Positions 10,586-20,270 of a stretch of DNA of 64,000 nt are shown here, in pieces. The stretch covers positions 65,156 to 129,155 of the forward strand of contig CALCZP010000003.1 of the NCBI GenBank assembly GCA_937903035.1, written 5' to 3'. The position numbers and the translations under genes were made by a program. Under the pieces are notes generated by a model. The model was not told the origin of the DNA. It did no database searches and saw only the letters and a program-made list of their open reading frames with translations. Within the stretch, counting starts at the first letter, position 1. Every line of letters begins with the position of its first letter. The DNA comes from an uncultured bacterium (GTDB taxonomy: Bacteria; Patescibacteriota; Minisyncoccia; Phycocordibacterales; UBA9973).

Positions 10586-11590
10586 ATGTTATCCAAATTA
10601 CCTCACATACGCAGTCGCGTTCACCGTCTCAGTGGCGCACACAAATTACTCATCACCGTGTTTCTTCTTGCGATAAATGCAGGATTCACGAATCTTATTA
10701 TCAAGCAGGTTACGACGCATACCAATGCGGCAAATCTTCCGTTGGTTAAGGATGTAAAAGAATCTTTGGATCATGAAGGCGAACTTTCGGCGCATGGCGA
10801 GGAGCTCCCTCTTGCGGTTGATGACAAGCAAGTCATCACCACCTATACGGTTTCCTCTGGTGATACGCTCTCAGCTATTGCATCAAAATTTCATATTTCA
10901 ACGGCTACTATTCTCTGGGCAAACGGTCTCACTACAAAGTCCAAGATTTCAGTCGGTATGAAGCTCACGATCCTTCCGGTGACTGGTATTCAATACACCG
11001 TCAAAAAGGGTGACACTATTTCTGGTATTGCCGCAAAGTTTGATGCCGATGGCGAGGAAATCATGGCAGTGAATGACTTTGAAGACGCCAATGATCTCAA
11101 GATGGGCACCAAGATCATCATTCCTGATGCCGAGCCTCTCCCTGCTCCGACACCTGTAAAGACTGCTCCAAAGAAATCCGTAGGATCAAAATCAAGTGAG
11201 TCAGTCTCAGCTGCAAGTGGCTACTATGCAATGCCAATCCCTGGTGCGATCCTGACCCAGGGTAAACATGGGACAAACGGTATCGACTTTGGTGCACCGA
11301 TCGGGACAAGTGTCTACGCTGCTGCAGGTGGCACAGTACTCGTTGCAAAAGGTAACGGTGCATACAATGGTGGCTACGGTAACTATGTTGTGATCGAGCA
11401 TGGTAATGGTACACAGACACTCTATGCACACCTTTCAAAAACAACAGTGTCAGTTGGAGACAGGGTCGGACAAAACGATTTGATCGGAAAATCCGGCAAC
11501 ACCGGCAAGTCCACCGGCCCTCACCTTCACTTCGAAGTTCGCGGCGCAACCAACCCATTCGCCAAATATTCCAAAGGCACGCATTTTTAG
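10586..11590 (+). CDS. LysM-LysM-M23 family peptidoglycan endopeptidase
   Basis: Two LysM repeats (YTVSSGDTLSAIA, YTVKKGDTISGIA) and M23 motifs HxxxD (HGTNGID), YAHL, STGPHLHFEV. Start uncertain. Confidence 0.92.
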   Translation: MLSKLPHIRSRVHRLSGAHKLLITVFLLAINAGFTNLIIKQVTTHTNAANLPLVKDVKESLDHEGELSAHGEELPLAVDDKQVITTYTVSSGDTLSAIASKFHISTATILWANGLTTKSKISVGMKLTILPVTGIQYTVKKGDTISGIAAKFDADGEEIMAVNDFEDANDLKMGTKIIIPDAEPLPAPTPVKTAPKKSVGSKSSESVSAASGYYAMPIPGAILTQGKHGTNGIDFGAPIGTSVYAAAGGTVLVAKGNGAYNGGYGNYVVIEHGNGTQTLYAHLSKTTVSVGDRVGQNDLIGKSGNTGKSTGPHLHFEVRGATNPFAKYSKGTHF

Positions 11591-11596
11591 AAAAAG

Positions 11597-11622
11597 AAAA
11601 AATCCTCGTACGAGGATTTTTT
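11597..11622. terminator. Bidirectional intrinsic terminator
   Basis: Palindrome AAAAAATCCTCGTACGAGGATTTTTT between convergent genes. Confidence 0.8.
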
Positions 11623-11623
11623 G

Positions 11624-12187
11624 TTAAAAGGTTTTGAATGCAATGCCATGCTCAATAAGTGGTCGAATTGTTTTTATGACAGTGTTTGTCATCCAAACAA
11701 GTTCTGACTCTTGCGACAAATCATTGATTTGATTGTAGAGTGACCAAGTACCGCCTTTTGCTGCTTGTCCAAAGTATTTTTCATACGCTTCATACACCTC
11801 GTCTCCATTTTCGACTAATGTTCGAATACCTGTCGGCATTTCGATTTCTCGATCGCTAAATACGGTGTCCATCAATCCCATGATTGATGGTTTGTAAATA
11901 GTGCTTGCAACGGTCAGTCGTGGTGGTACTTCATGCGTGTCCAAAATGGTCGTTCCTTTTTGAATCGAAATAAAAATAGCATTCTTGTCATGGTAATGAT
12001 TGAGAAGTCGCTTTACTCTATTTTCAATGCCGCTCAATGTTTCATTTCGTGAAAGGGGTCGAACATCAGGACTGTCCATTGCGATGGAAACAACTTTGAC
12101 GATAGCTTTGAAATGAGCAAATCCGTTTTCAATACTTTGTATCTTCGTCTTATTACTTGAGTCAGTAATAACGATAGGAAGTTCCAT
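11624..12187 (-). CDS. Divergent YjjX-like (inosine/xanthosine triphosphatase fold) protein
   Basis: SSNKTKIQSI / PLSRNETLSGIENRV / FISIQKG resemble YjjX TTNPAKIQAI / PFGSEETRAGARNRV / WVAIEAG (recalled alignment). Confidence 0.55.
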   Translation of the reverse strand: MELPIVITDSSNKTKIQSIENGFAHFKAIVKVVSIAMDSPDVRPLSRNETLSGIENRVKRLLNHYHDKNAIFISIQKGTTILDTHEVPPRLTVASTIYKPSIMGLMDTVFSDREIEMPTGIRTLVENGDEVYEAYEKYFGQAAKGGTWSLYNQINDLSQESELVWMTNTVIKTIRPLIEHGIAFKTF

Positions 12188-12239
12188 TGGTGAAAGATTT
12201 GGTTCTCTTCGATACTACTGATTATTTTAGATATGTCAA

Positions 12240-13745
12240 TTAGTCAAACTTTGGACGATATTGGAGCGCTTCGAGTATATGAGGGATCTCGATGGTTTCC
12301 GAGTTTTCGATATCAGCAATGGTCCGTGCGACTTTGATAGTGCGCATGTATGATCGTGGTGAGAGCTTAAGTTTTTGCGCATAAATCTGAAGTTGGTTTT
12401 TTGCAGTATCAGAAAGTTGTGCACGTGCATGAACATCATTTGATGAAAGTGTACTGTTGAGTTTAGTACTACGCGTATATTGTCGTTCGCGGATTACTGC
12501 AACACGATTACGTATTGTGTCGCTTTCTCGATGTGTTTCTTTTTCATGCAATGTCTCGTATTCAATATGTGATACGGGCACACATAGATCAATACGATCC
12601 ATGATTGGTCCGGACAATTTTTTACTATAGCGTGCAATCTCTGCAGCTGAGCATGTGCAGTGTTTGATACCACTTCCACGATACCCACATGGGCAGGGAT
12701 TCATCGCAGCAAGGAGTATGAAACGCGCAGGATATCTCACACTTCCTTTTGCGCGCGCAACCGTGATCGATCCTTCTTCAAGTGGTTCGCGCAGTGCCTC
12801 AATCACACGTCTATCGAACTCGGGAAATTCATCCAGATAGAGCACCCCATGATGTGAAAGTGAGATATCGCCGGGTCTGAGATTTGTACCGCCACCAATC
12901 ACTGCAACATGCGATGCACTATGATGTGGCGATCTAATGGGTGGTTGTCCGTGTAACATATCATCAATAAGTCCGATCGATGAATAGATAGTTGCAACTT
13001 CAAGAAATGCATCACTCGTGAGTGCAGGTAGTATGCCGTGAAATGCACGTGCGAGCATGGTCTTGCCAGTACCTGGTGGACCATAAAGAACAATGTTGTG
13101 CGCACCACTTGCGGCGATGACGAGTGCACGTTTTGCTTGGAGTTGTCCGCGTACATCGCCAAAGTCGACATCGCTGTACTTAGTTTGTGGTGTCGGTGCT
13201 GTGTATGTTGTCTGCTCGAGTATCACCTCTCCTTTGATGTGTGAAACAAATGCGCTGATAGTTGGTACGAGGTGAAATGTGACACCTTCGACGAGCATTG
13301 CTTCACGTGCATTTGCACTTGGTATGAATAGTTCGAGGTAGTCATTTGCTTTTGCCCACTGGGCGATCGAAAGGAGTCCTCTGATGGGTCGGAGTTCACC
13401 GTTGAGCGCGAGCTCGCCGACAAATACTTTACCTTTTGTTTCAAATGCGAGTTCTTCGGTTGCGAGTAGATAGCCAAGGGCAATGGCGAGATCAAAGTAC
13501 GCACCCTCTTTTTTGAGTTCTGCAGGTGAGAGTGAAACAATCACTTTGTGATTTTCTGCTTTCGGATTTTTGCCAAGACTATTTCTGAGCGCTGAGATGA
13601 CTCGCTCGCGACTCTCCTCTACTGCCTTGTCGGCAAGGCCGACGATCTGAAACAGGTAGAGCCCTCGACTGATATCTGTTTCCACGACGACACCATTTGC
13701 GCCAAGGCCCGAAAGTTGCGCGCTCTGTATGCGAGAGAATGACAT
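12240..13745 (-). CDS. comM: YifB/ComM Mg-chelatase-like AAA+ ATPase
   Basis: IVGLADKAVEESRERV, GPPGTGKTMLA, RSPHHSAS, LDEFPEF, AAMNPCPCG, SGPIMDRID. Start at TACACT-N6-ATG. Confidence 0.95.
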   Translation of the reverse strand: MSFSRIQSAQLSGLGANGVVVETDISRGLYLFQIVGLADKAVEESRERVISALRNSLGKNPKAENHKVIVSLSPAELKKEGAYFDLAIALGYLLATEELAFETKGKVFVGELALNGELRPIRGLLSIAQWAKANDYLELFIPSANAREAMLVEGVTFHLVPTISAFVSHIKGEVILEQTTYTAPTPQTKYSDVDFGDVRGQLQAKRALVIAASGAHNIVLYGPPGTGKTMLARAFHGILPALTSDAFLEVATIYSSIGLIDDMLHGQPPIRSPHHSASHVAVIGGGTNLRPGDISLSHHGVLYLDEFPEFDRRVIEALREPLEEGSITVARAKGSVRYPARFILLAAMNPCPCGYRGSGIKHCTCSAAEIARYSKKLSGPIMDRIDLCVPVSHIEYETLHEKETHRESDTIRNRVAVIRERQYTRSTKLNSTLSSNDVHARAQLSDTAKNQLQIYAQKLKLSPRSYMRTIKVARTIADIENSETIEIPHILEALQYRPKFD

Positions 13746-13875
13746 ACGCTGAGTGTACTCATATGAGATAAAGAAATACTCAAGTGTGAAACATGAGATA
13801 TATTGTTTCATTTTGTTTTAAAACAATGAAACGACAAACAAAGTGTTGTGACACTTCGCGGAGAGGACTTGTTTT

Positions 13876-14217
13876 CTACTTAAATTCAAATAATGTGTCG
13901 CGGAAATCTTTGATGATACCTTTCGCATCAATCTCAATTCCTTCTGCTTTATAGAGTTTCATGCGACGTGTTGCGTACTCATCAGTGAGCCATACTTTGC
14001 CACCAGCATACACAATACGGTGAAACGGTATTCGTGTCTCTCCTGCATCATATGCCTTGCCAAGTATTGCAGTGACACTACGCGCTGCTTGCCCACCACC
14101 ACCTGCTGCTTTCGCAATGTTTCCATAGGTACTCACCTTTCCTTTCGGAATCATGAGTGCGAGCTCCACGACCCGCTGACTAAAGGTTTTACCAATTTCT
14201 TTTTTTACGATCTTCAT
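13876..14217 (-). CDS. MGMT-family alkyltransferase-like (ATL) DNA-binding protein
   Basis: IPKGKVSTYGNIA...ARSV; PFHR replaces the catalytic PCHR. Confidence 0.85.
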   Translation of the reverse strand: MKIVKKEIGKTFSQRVVELALMIPKGKVSTYGNIAKAAGGGGQAARSVTAILGKAYDAGETRIPFHRIVYAGGKVWLTDEYATRRMKLYKAEGIEIDAKGIIKDFRDTLFEFK

Positions 14218-14225
14218 AGGTGAAA

Positions 14226-14723
14226 CTATAGCAGGTCGTTATGTAGTTCTATTGCTCGTGTAACAATGCGCTCCCCGATCTCTCCCCAATCAAAGTATTG
14301 TTTATAGTCTTTAGGAGCAATCAATTTGATTTCGGTAATGCCATTATCAGGATCAGAAACAAATGGTCCGAATGGTCGCACGATACACACATAGCGTAGT
14401 TGGTAAAAGAAACTACCGTCTCGTGTATCAATTACTTTTTGGTATCCAATCGGTCGATAGTTCAGTATTTCCATATTTGATTCCTCTCTGATTTCTCTTC
14501 GAATTGTTTGTTCTAAAGTTTCTGCTTTTTCGATTGTCCCACCGATCAATCCCCATGCGTTTTTGTGCCCACCAAATCCGATCACGATTTCATCACCAAA
14601 AAAACACACCGCATATGTCTGTGTACACTTCGCAATATCGAGATGATCAAATGAATCAGCGTCTTCGTATTCAAAAATATATTCAACTCCTGCGTGCCCT
14701 TTGTATGTGTTGGTGAGATTCAT
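14226..14723 (-). CDS. NUDIX hydrolase
   Basis: Nudix box GGTIEKAETLEQTIRREIREESN. Start at TATAGT-N6-ATG. Confidence 0.88.
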   Translation of the reverse strand: MNLTNTYKGHAGVEYIFEYEDADSFDHLDIAKCTQTYAVCFFGDEIVIGFGGHKNAWGLIGGTIEKAETLEQTIRREIREESNMEILNYRPIGYQKVIDTRDGSFFYQLRYVCIVRPFGPFVSDPDNGITEIKLIAPKDYKQYFDWGEIGERIVTRAIELHNDLL

Positions 14724-14832
14724 GTCCCTACTATACTCAAAATTGCAAAATAAAAAAGCAACCAGTGAAAGTTGCTTGAAAAGCCCTAGCATTTTTTTAT
14801 AGGATGAGTTTGTATAGACTTACCCATACTAC

Positions 14833-14861
14833 TTGACAAAATAATATAAAGTCATAGTATG
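14833..14861 (+). promoter_or_regulatory. sigma70-type promoter for the orphan gene at 14899
   Basis: TTGACA-17 nt-TAGTAT. Confidence 0.65.
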
Positions 14862-14898
14862 ATTTTATCGTTCTTTTAAATAAACTAAATATACTGAC

Positions 14899-15540
14899 AT
14901 GAACCAACCATTAAATGACTTCAATTTTGAGGATTTCGCCAAGCAAACCGCCAATAAAACCAAAGAAATGATTAGGACACTATTTATCCTTTTCAAAGAA
15001 ACATCCTTCCCGCTCGCAAAGCAGGATGCACTTGATTATCAAACCGTGTGTATGATTGAAGATGAATTTCGTAACCAGGAAGCTGCATGTGAGAATTTAC
15101 TCAATAATGCGTTTAAAGAATTCAATGATAGTAATACAAAATGGTTTGAGCGATTTAAGAACCTCACTGCGGGCTACACGCGTATCGCATTGAACATCGC
15201 CGAATCATTCGTTGTTGCTAGTCGTGGACACTTCTTTACGTATTACAGCATCCATCCATCACAGATACCGCCCCATCTTGCAGATGTCTTTATGCAAGAA
15301 GCAGAGCTTCAACATTTTTTGCTTATACAAAAACAGAATCAACGAAGTGATCGTATATCACGAGTTTCAAAAAAAGTTTCTAGTGCTTTAAAATGCTATA
15401 GGATTGATTTTGAAAATGCATTCTCTGCAGCAATACGGAATTTGATTGAAGTTGAAATACCTGCATCTCAAAAAAGAATTGAGGTGCTCATCAATCAAAA
15501 TTATCTGCAACGCATGGGTGGTCTTCATGGAATGAATTAG
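14899..15540 (+). CDS. AT-rich orphan hypothetical protein (helical)
   Basis: 213-aa ORF with its own promoter and downstream terminator. Confidence 0.7.
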   Translation: MNQPLNDFNFEDFAKQTANKTKEMIRTLFILFKETSFPLAKQDALDYQTVCMIEDEFRNQEAACENLLNNAFKEFNDSNTKWFERFKNLTAGYTRIALNIAESFVVASRGHFFTYYSIHPSQIPPHLADVFMQEAELQHFLLIQKQNQRSDRISRVSKKVSSALKCYRIDFENAFSAAIRNLIEVEIPASQKRIEVLINQNYLQRMGGLHGMN

Positions 15541-15552
15541 AGTTGTTAAATT

Positions 15553-15578
15553 AAAACCTCCCAAGATTGGGAGGTTTT
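15553..15578. terminator. Bidirectional intrinsic terminator
   Basis: AAAACCTCCCAA-GA-TTGGGAGGTTTT between convergent genes. Confidence 0.8.
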
Positions 15579-15588
15579 TTATTTCATA

Positions 15589-15945
15589 TTAGTTGTTCAT
15601 ATGCGCTTTGTTGGTGCGCGCTGCGGGATTTGCTTCGAGGCGATCTTCTTCGATTGGTTCACCAGAAACTTCACAGATACCATACGTACCGTTTTCAATC
15701 TTTGTAAGTGCCGCATTCACATCAGTGAGACGAGCCTGGAGTGTTTCAACCATACTTGATCGTTCTTCAAAATCTTCAAAACGATCAGCTGCATCGTTCT
15801 CATCAATCTCACCCATCAAGTCACGATCAGGTGTTGCCTCCCATACATTGGTATCAGGGTTAAAAAGCGCGATTTGAGAAAGCTCTTCTTCGAGGGTCTT
15901 TTTTTCCGCGATGAGTTTTTCGTTGAAATGGGTCATATTCTTCAT
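15589..15945 (-). CDS. TraR/DksA family protein with a degenerate Zn finger
   Basis: Coiled-coil tip DENDAAD; AL.KIENGTYGICEVSGEPIEEDRLEANPAART with only one Cys. Confidence 0.85.
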   Translation of the reverse strand: MKNMTHFNEKLIAEKKTLEEELSQIALFNPDTNVWEATPDRDLMGEIDENDAADRFEDFEERSSMVETLQARLTDVNAALTKIENGTYGICEVSGEPIEEDRLEANPAARTNKAHMNN

Positions 15946-15996
15946 ACCCCGTATACTAGCATGCAGTGGTAAAAGTACAACCTTTTTTCCACACAC

Positions 15997-16899
15997 TTAT
16001 TGTTTGATGACGGTCTCGTAGACTGCCTTGAGTACTTCTGGTTTCTGAGTGATAACAATGATATTGTCGGTTGCATAGCCGTAAAGAAGTACATGTTGCT
16101 GTTCTCCTGTATCAGTATTTAGTGCGGTTAGTATTCGCACTGGAAGGTTGTACAAATATTTACTCTCAAACCCTTTGCCGATCTCAGTTTGATGTGTCGA
16201 GATATCGATACCGAGTCCATTGTAAAACATACGCAAGAGCTCTGGCTCCGCGATGAGAAATTCTTTGGATGCGATTTCCGGATCAGTAACTGATGCAATT
16301 AGAAATGGAGTTATGGTAGTACCATCATTGTAAGCACCAAGTCTCAGTACTGAGATTGCTGCAATAAAAGGCTCGGTCGCTTTTGTTTCCATGAAGTTCA
16401 AAAGATCAGTGTTAGTGATCATCGCAAGAGTCTTGTCGTCGGTCACAAAAGGGATCAGTACTGGCTTGCGTTCAGGAAGAGTCGTATCTGTTTTAATTGC
16501 TGCAATCGTTTGTCTGATGTCTGTTGAACTTACAACAACAGGCTTCGTGCTTGGAAAGACCCCTACTGACTCAGTCTTGTGCACCGTGACAGTGAGATGG
16601 GTGTAATGATAAAAGCCGTATGCTCCTGCACCAAGTGCAATCAAAAGAAGGATGAATGATCCCGCGAGAAACCAGCCATGCTTAAACTTAATCACCTTTT
16701 CTTCCCGAGCAATCATATCGCGCTCGCGTGCGTCAGTAAGGAGTTCTTGGACAACTTTCGCATCGGTTGCATTCATTGCATGTGACAAGTCACTCTCATA
16801 ATCATGAGTGAGATGATGTGGAATGATTTCTTGCTTCGATGGTTCTACAACCACAGGTGCAACTTTTTTTTCTTCAGGTTTTGGTGCTGTTTGCTCCAT
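15997..16899 (-). CDS. Hypothetical single-pass membrane protein
   Basis: 300 aa; TM segment WFLAGSFILLLIALGAGAYGFY. Confidence 0.75.
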   Translation of the reverse strand: MEQTAPKPEEKKVAPVVVEPSKQEIIPHHLTHDYESDLSHAMNATDAKVVQELLTDARERDMIAREEKVIKFKHGWFLAGSFILLLIALGAGAYGFYHYTHLTVTVHKTESVGVFPSTKPVVVSSTDIRQTIAAIKTDTTLPERKPVLIPFVTDDKTLAMITNTDLLNFMETKATEPFIAAISVLRLGAYNDGTTITPFLIASVTDPEIASKEFLIAEPELLRMFYNGLGIDISTHQTEIGKGFESKYLYNLPVRILTALNTDTGEQQHVLLYGYATDNIIVITQKPEVLKAVYETVIKQ

Positions 16900-16914
16900 A
16901 GTACTTGCTAGTGG

Positions 16915-17424
16915 TTAGTACCCCAAGAGATATTTTTTTGGTGCATCTGAGAGGTCAAAGAAGTCATCAACACTTGCCTTGAGCGATGCCGATGCACTTT
17001 TACCAAATGTTGCTGCCTCCACTTGAATACCGTGATGGTATCGCAAGTATTCAACCACTGGAACAAAGTCCCCATCCCCGGAGACGATGATTACCGCATC
17101 AAGCTTTGGTGCCATTGCGACAATATCAATTGCAAGACCGACATCCCAGTCAGCTTTTTTGGATCCATCATAAAATATCTGGAGGTCCTTCACTTTCGGT
17201 TCAATACCCGCCTTGGTGAGTGCACCAAGAAATCCTTTCTCGTCCTCGCTCTCCGTGGTGATCGCATATGCAATAGCTCGTACAAGTTTGCGTCCGGCGA
17301 GTACGTCTTTGACAACGTTTCCAAAGTTCACTTTTCGTTTATATAAATTTTTTGCGGTGTGGTAGAGGTTTTGTGTATCAATAAAAATACCCACGCGCTG
17401 ATCTTTGTGTTTTACGGTTGCCAT
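16915..17424 (-). CDS. NYN domain (LabA/DUF88) PIN-like protein
   Basis: IFIDTQNLY, KADWDVGLAID, IVSGDGDFVP. Confidence 0.92.
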   Translation of the reverse strand: MATVKHKDQRVGIFIDTQNLYHTAKNLYKRKVNFGNVVKDVLAGRKLVRAIAYAITTESEDEKGFLGALTKAGIEPKVKDLQIFYDGSKKADWDVGLAIDIVAMAPKLDAVIIVSGDGDFVPVVEYLRYHHGIQVEAATFGKSASASLKASVDDFFDLSDAPKKYLLGY

Positions 17425-17482
17425 GATCTAAGTATAGCGTGTTTATACCAAAACACCGCCCCGATGGAGCGATGTGTTTGTT

Positions 17483-17743
17483 TTATTGTTTTACAATCTT
17501 GAGTGCTGCTTGGTGCTTTTCAGGATTGTTCTTTTCGAGTGTCTTGAGGTGCCCTCGGCGATCCGCTACCATCTTGATGAGGCCGCGACGTGAGTGATTG
17601 TCTTTCTTGTGCTTCTTCAAGTGATCAGCAAGCTCCTCAATCTTCCCGGTCAAGAGTCCAATACGCACCACTTCAGAACCAGTGTCACTTGCGTGCACTT
17701 GGTGCTTCTTGATGATTGTCTGTTTCTTCTTGGTCGTTAACAT
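17483..17743 (-). CDS. rpsO: 30S ribosomal protein S15
   Basis: [26 protein letters not shown]. Confidence 0.95.
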   Translation of the reverse strand: MLTTKKKQTIIKKHQVHASDTGSEVVRIGLLTGKIEELADHLKKHKKDNHSRRGLIKMVADRRGHLKTLEKNNPEKHQAALKIVKQ

Positions 17744-17889
17744 GTTGTTATCATAACACATCCCCTTATAAAATGCAAGTACATTGCCGTATTTATACGA
17801 TTCACTAAAAAGTCCCTTTTTTACTTATTCTTGGTTGCTAGTTCTCAATTCTTGTGTCGTACAATATATATCGCGCTATACTATAATAC

Positions 17890-18804
17890 ATGGATATTTC
17901 TACTGCGAAACGGCAGTTTCTCGAATATATTGAAATTGAGAAAGGGCGCAGCCAGCTCACTGTGCGCAACTATGAGCACTATCTTGATCGAGCATTTGCT
18001 GATATGGCTATCAAGCATGCAAAAGATATCACGGAGGACAAGGTACGTGAATTTCGTCTCAAACTCAATCGTGCTCCGGGCAAGCGCGGCAAAGGCCAAG
18101 CTGCTGCAACTATGAAGAAGGCGACGCAGAACTACTATATGATCGCCCTTCGCTCATTTCTCAAATATCTGCGTAAGCGAGGTATCGATACACTCACCCC
18201 TGATGCGATTGAGCTTGCAAAGGTGGGATCACGCGATCTTGATCTTATCTCAACAGACGAGCTTCATCGTCTGCTCAAGGCTCCTGATACAACGACACCC
18301 AAAGGACTTCGAGACAAAGCGTTGCTTGAGCTTTTCTTCTCGACAGGACTTCGTCTCGCGGAGCTTTGCTCGCTCAATTCAGATCTCGATCTCTCGAGGG
18401 ATGAATTTTCCATACGCGGTAAGGGTGAAAAGGTGCGCGTGGTATTTCTCTCAGAAGATGCCAAAGCTGCTATTCGTGCATATCTCAAAGGGCGCAAGGA
18501 TATGGAGGAAGCGCTATTTGTTGATCAGGCAAAAAATGGTGCACATCGTGACGATCGTCGCCTCACTCCCCGCTCCATCGAGCGTATCGTGCGCGAATAT
18601 GCCATCAAAGCTGGTATTTCCAAGAAAGTCACGCCGCATGTGCTGCGTCACTCATTTGCAACAGATCTCCTTTCAAATGGCGCTGATATTCGTTCAGTCC
18701 AGATGATGCTCGGTCATGCCAATATTGCTACAACACAGGTCTATACACATATTACCGACAAACAACTCAGGGATGTGCATAAAAAGTTCCATAGTAAAAG
18801 GTAA
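17890..18804 (+). CDS. XerC/XerD-type tyrosine recombinase
   Basis: SAM-like N-terminal domain, STGLRLAEL, GKGEKVR, TPHVLRHSFAT, MLGHANIATTQVY. Confidence 0.92.
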   Translation: MDISTAKRQFLEYIEIEKGRSQLTVRNYEHYLDRAFADMAIKHAKDITEDKVREFRLKLNRAPGKRGKGQAAATMKKATQNYYMIALRSFLKYLRKRGIDTLTPDAIELAKVGSRDLDLISTDELHRLLKAPDTTTPKGLRDKALLELFFSTGLRLAELCSLNSDLDLSRDEFSIRGKGEKVRVVFLSEDAKAAIRAYLKGRKDMEEALFVDQAKNGAHRDDRRLTPRSIERIVREYAIKAGISKKVTPHVLRHSFATDLLSNGADIRSVQMMLGHANIATTQVYTHITDKQLRDVHKKFHSKR

Positions 18805-18861
18805 TTTTGAATTTTTAGAATTCTCGTGGTACAGTAAAAACAAATAAAAATTGTTCTAAAA

Positions 18862-19182
18862 ATGAAGAAACAAAAGAATGGAAATGCGTTTACAGCATTA
18901 GTACTCATGAGTCTCATGATCGCCATGAATCAAGGCTGTTTAAGCAGTCAGGCAAACAAAAATGCACATCCTTTCAATCAGGAAGGAAAAGTAATTGGTA
19001 AAACCGATACTAGTATTTTGGTGAAAACCAATGATACGACGTTCCGTATTCACCCTGTTGATACCAAATCGATATCAAAAGGTGACTCCGCAAAGTTCTA
19101 TAAGGGAAATAATCTCCCCGATGGAACAAATGCAGTAGTAGACACCTTGTCTATTGTAAAAAAACAAAAACTGAAAAAATAA
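18862..19182 (+). CDS. AT-rich orphan, probable lipoprotein/secreted protein
   Basis: Basic N-terminus, hydrophobic stretch, then QGC; 106 aa; downstream hairpin. Confidence 0.6.
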   Translation: MKKQKNGNAFTALVLMSLMIAMNQGCLSSQANKNAHPFNQEGKVIGKTDTSILVKTNDTTFRIHPVDTKSISKGDSAKFYKGNNLPDGTNAVVDTLSIVKKQKLKK

Positions 19183-19288
19183 ATTATTATTGTATTTTTT
19201 CACCGAACTCAAAAGGCATCCTCTCAGCAGGATGCCTTCTTTTTTATAATTTGCCTCCCTTTTTAGTGTGGATGATACACTCTATGAC

Positions 19289-20059
19289 ATGCGTATTATT
19301 TCCTGGAACACCAATGGCTTGCGTGCTACTGCCAAGCAGGGACACTTTGACCCGCTCTTTACTGAGTACAATCCCGACATGCTCTGCCTCCAAGAGACCA
19401 AGTCTACCCCTGACCAGCTCCCGATCGAGGTTAAGGAAGTTTTTGGATATGACAGTTACTTTGCCTGGCCAACTGTTAAAAAGGGGTATAGTGGTGTAGC
19501 TATCTACACCAAGGAGACTCCCCTCGTAGTCACCTACGGCATAGGACTTCCTGAACTTGATGATGAGGGTCGTACAATCACTGCTGAGTACAAGGATTTC
19601 TACCTCATCACCTGCTACTTCCCCAATGGTGGTGGCGGTCCAGAGCGACTCGACTATAAACTTAGGTTTTATGATCAGTTTCTTCTCTATATCGACGGAC
19701 TCAAGAAGAAAAAACCGGTGGTGTTCTGCGGAGATGTGAATACTGCGCACACTGAGATCGACCTTGCTCGCCCCAAAGAAAATGTTATGAATACAGGCTT
19801 TCTCCCTATCGAACGTGCGTGGATGGATACACTCGTCTCGCATGGATGGGTGGACGCATTTCGTCATCTTAATCCTGAAGTTGAGGATGTATATACCTAC
19901 TGGGATCAAAAGACAGGTGCGCGTACACGCAATGTCGGCTGGCGTATTGATTACTTCTTTGTTTCCGCTGACCATATCAATACAATCAAAGGATTTGAAA
20001 CACTTACTGAGTATTATGGGAGCGATCACTGCCCTATCGTGCTTGATATAAAGTTCTAA
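19289..20059 (+). CDS. xth: Exodeoxyribonuclease III (AP endonuclease)
   Basis: ISWNTNGLRA, CLQETK, GYSGVA, CGDVNTAH, GWRIDYF, GSDHCP. Confidence 0.96.
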   Translation: MRIISWNTNGLRATAKQGHFDPLFTEYNPDMLCLQETKSTPDQLPIEVKEVFGYDSYFAWPTVKKGYSGVAIYTKETPLVVTYGIGLPELDDEGRTITAEYKDFYLITCYFPNGGGGPERLDYKLRFYDQFLLYIDGLKKKKPVVFCGDVNTAHTEIDLARPKENVMNTGFLPIERAWMDTLVSHGWVDAFRHLNPEVEDVYTYWDQKTGARTRNVGWRIDYFFVSADHINTIKGFETLTEYYGSDHCPIVLDIKF

Positions 20060-20270
20060 AACAAAAAACCGCCCATCCAGGCGGCTTTGTTTTTAACGTT
20101 GTCTGATTTGTTTTCTAAAGCGTTTGCTGTTGATCGCTCTAATGGTGAGCAATCTGGTTTTAAGGCAGAATTTACCCATAGATAAAAGGGTTTTGATTAT
20201 TTTCTCTAATCCTATTCCTCTCCCTTTAAAAATGCAATAGGAGGTATATACTGATGAAAAAACAAGTACT

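Noticed and set aside
17890-18804. Integron integrase, shufflon invertase or prophage integrase
   Set aside because: Typical XerC/D size and motifs with no IntI insertion. No attC array, inverted cassettes or phage genes are adjacent, and it lies ~18 kb from the paralog array.
19244-20029. 261-aa ORF antisense to xth
   Set aside because: Fully overlaps a clear xth gene and has no recognisable motifs; a codon-bias shadow.
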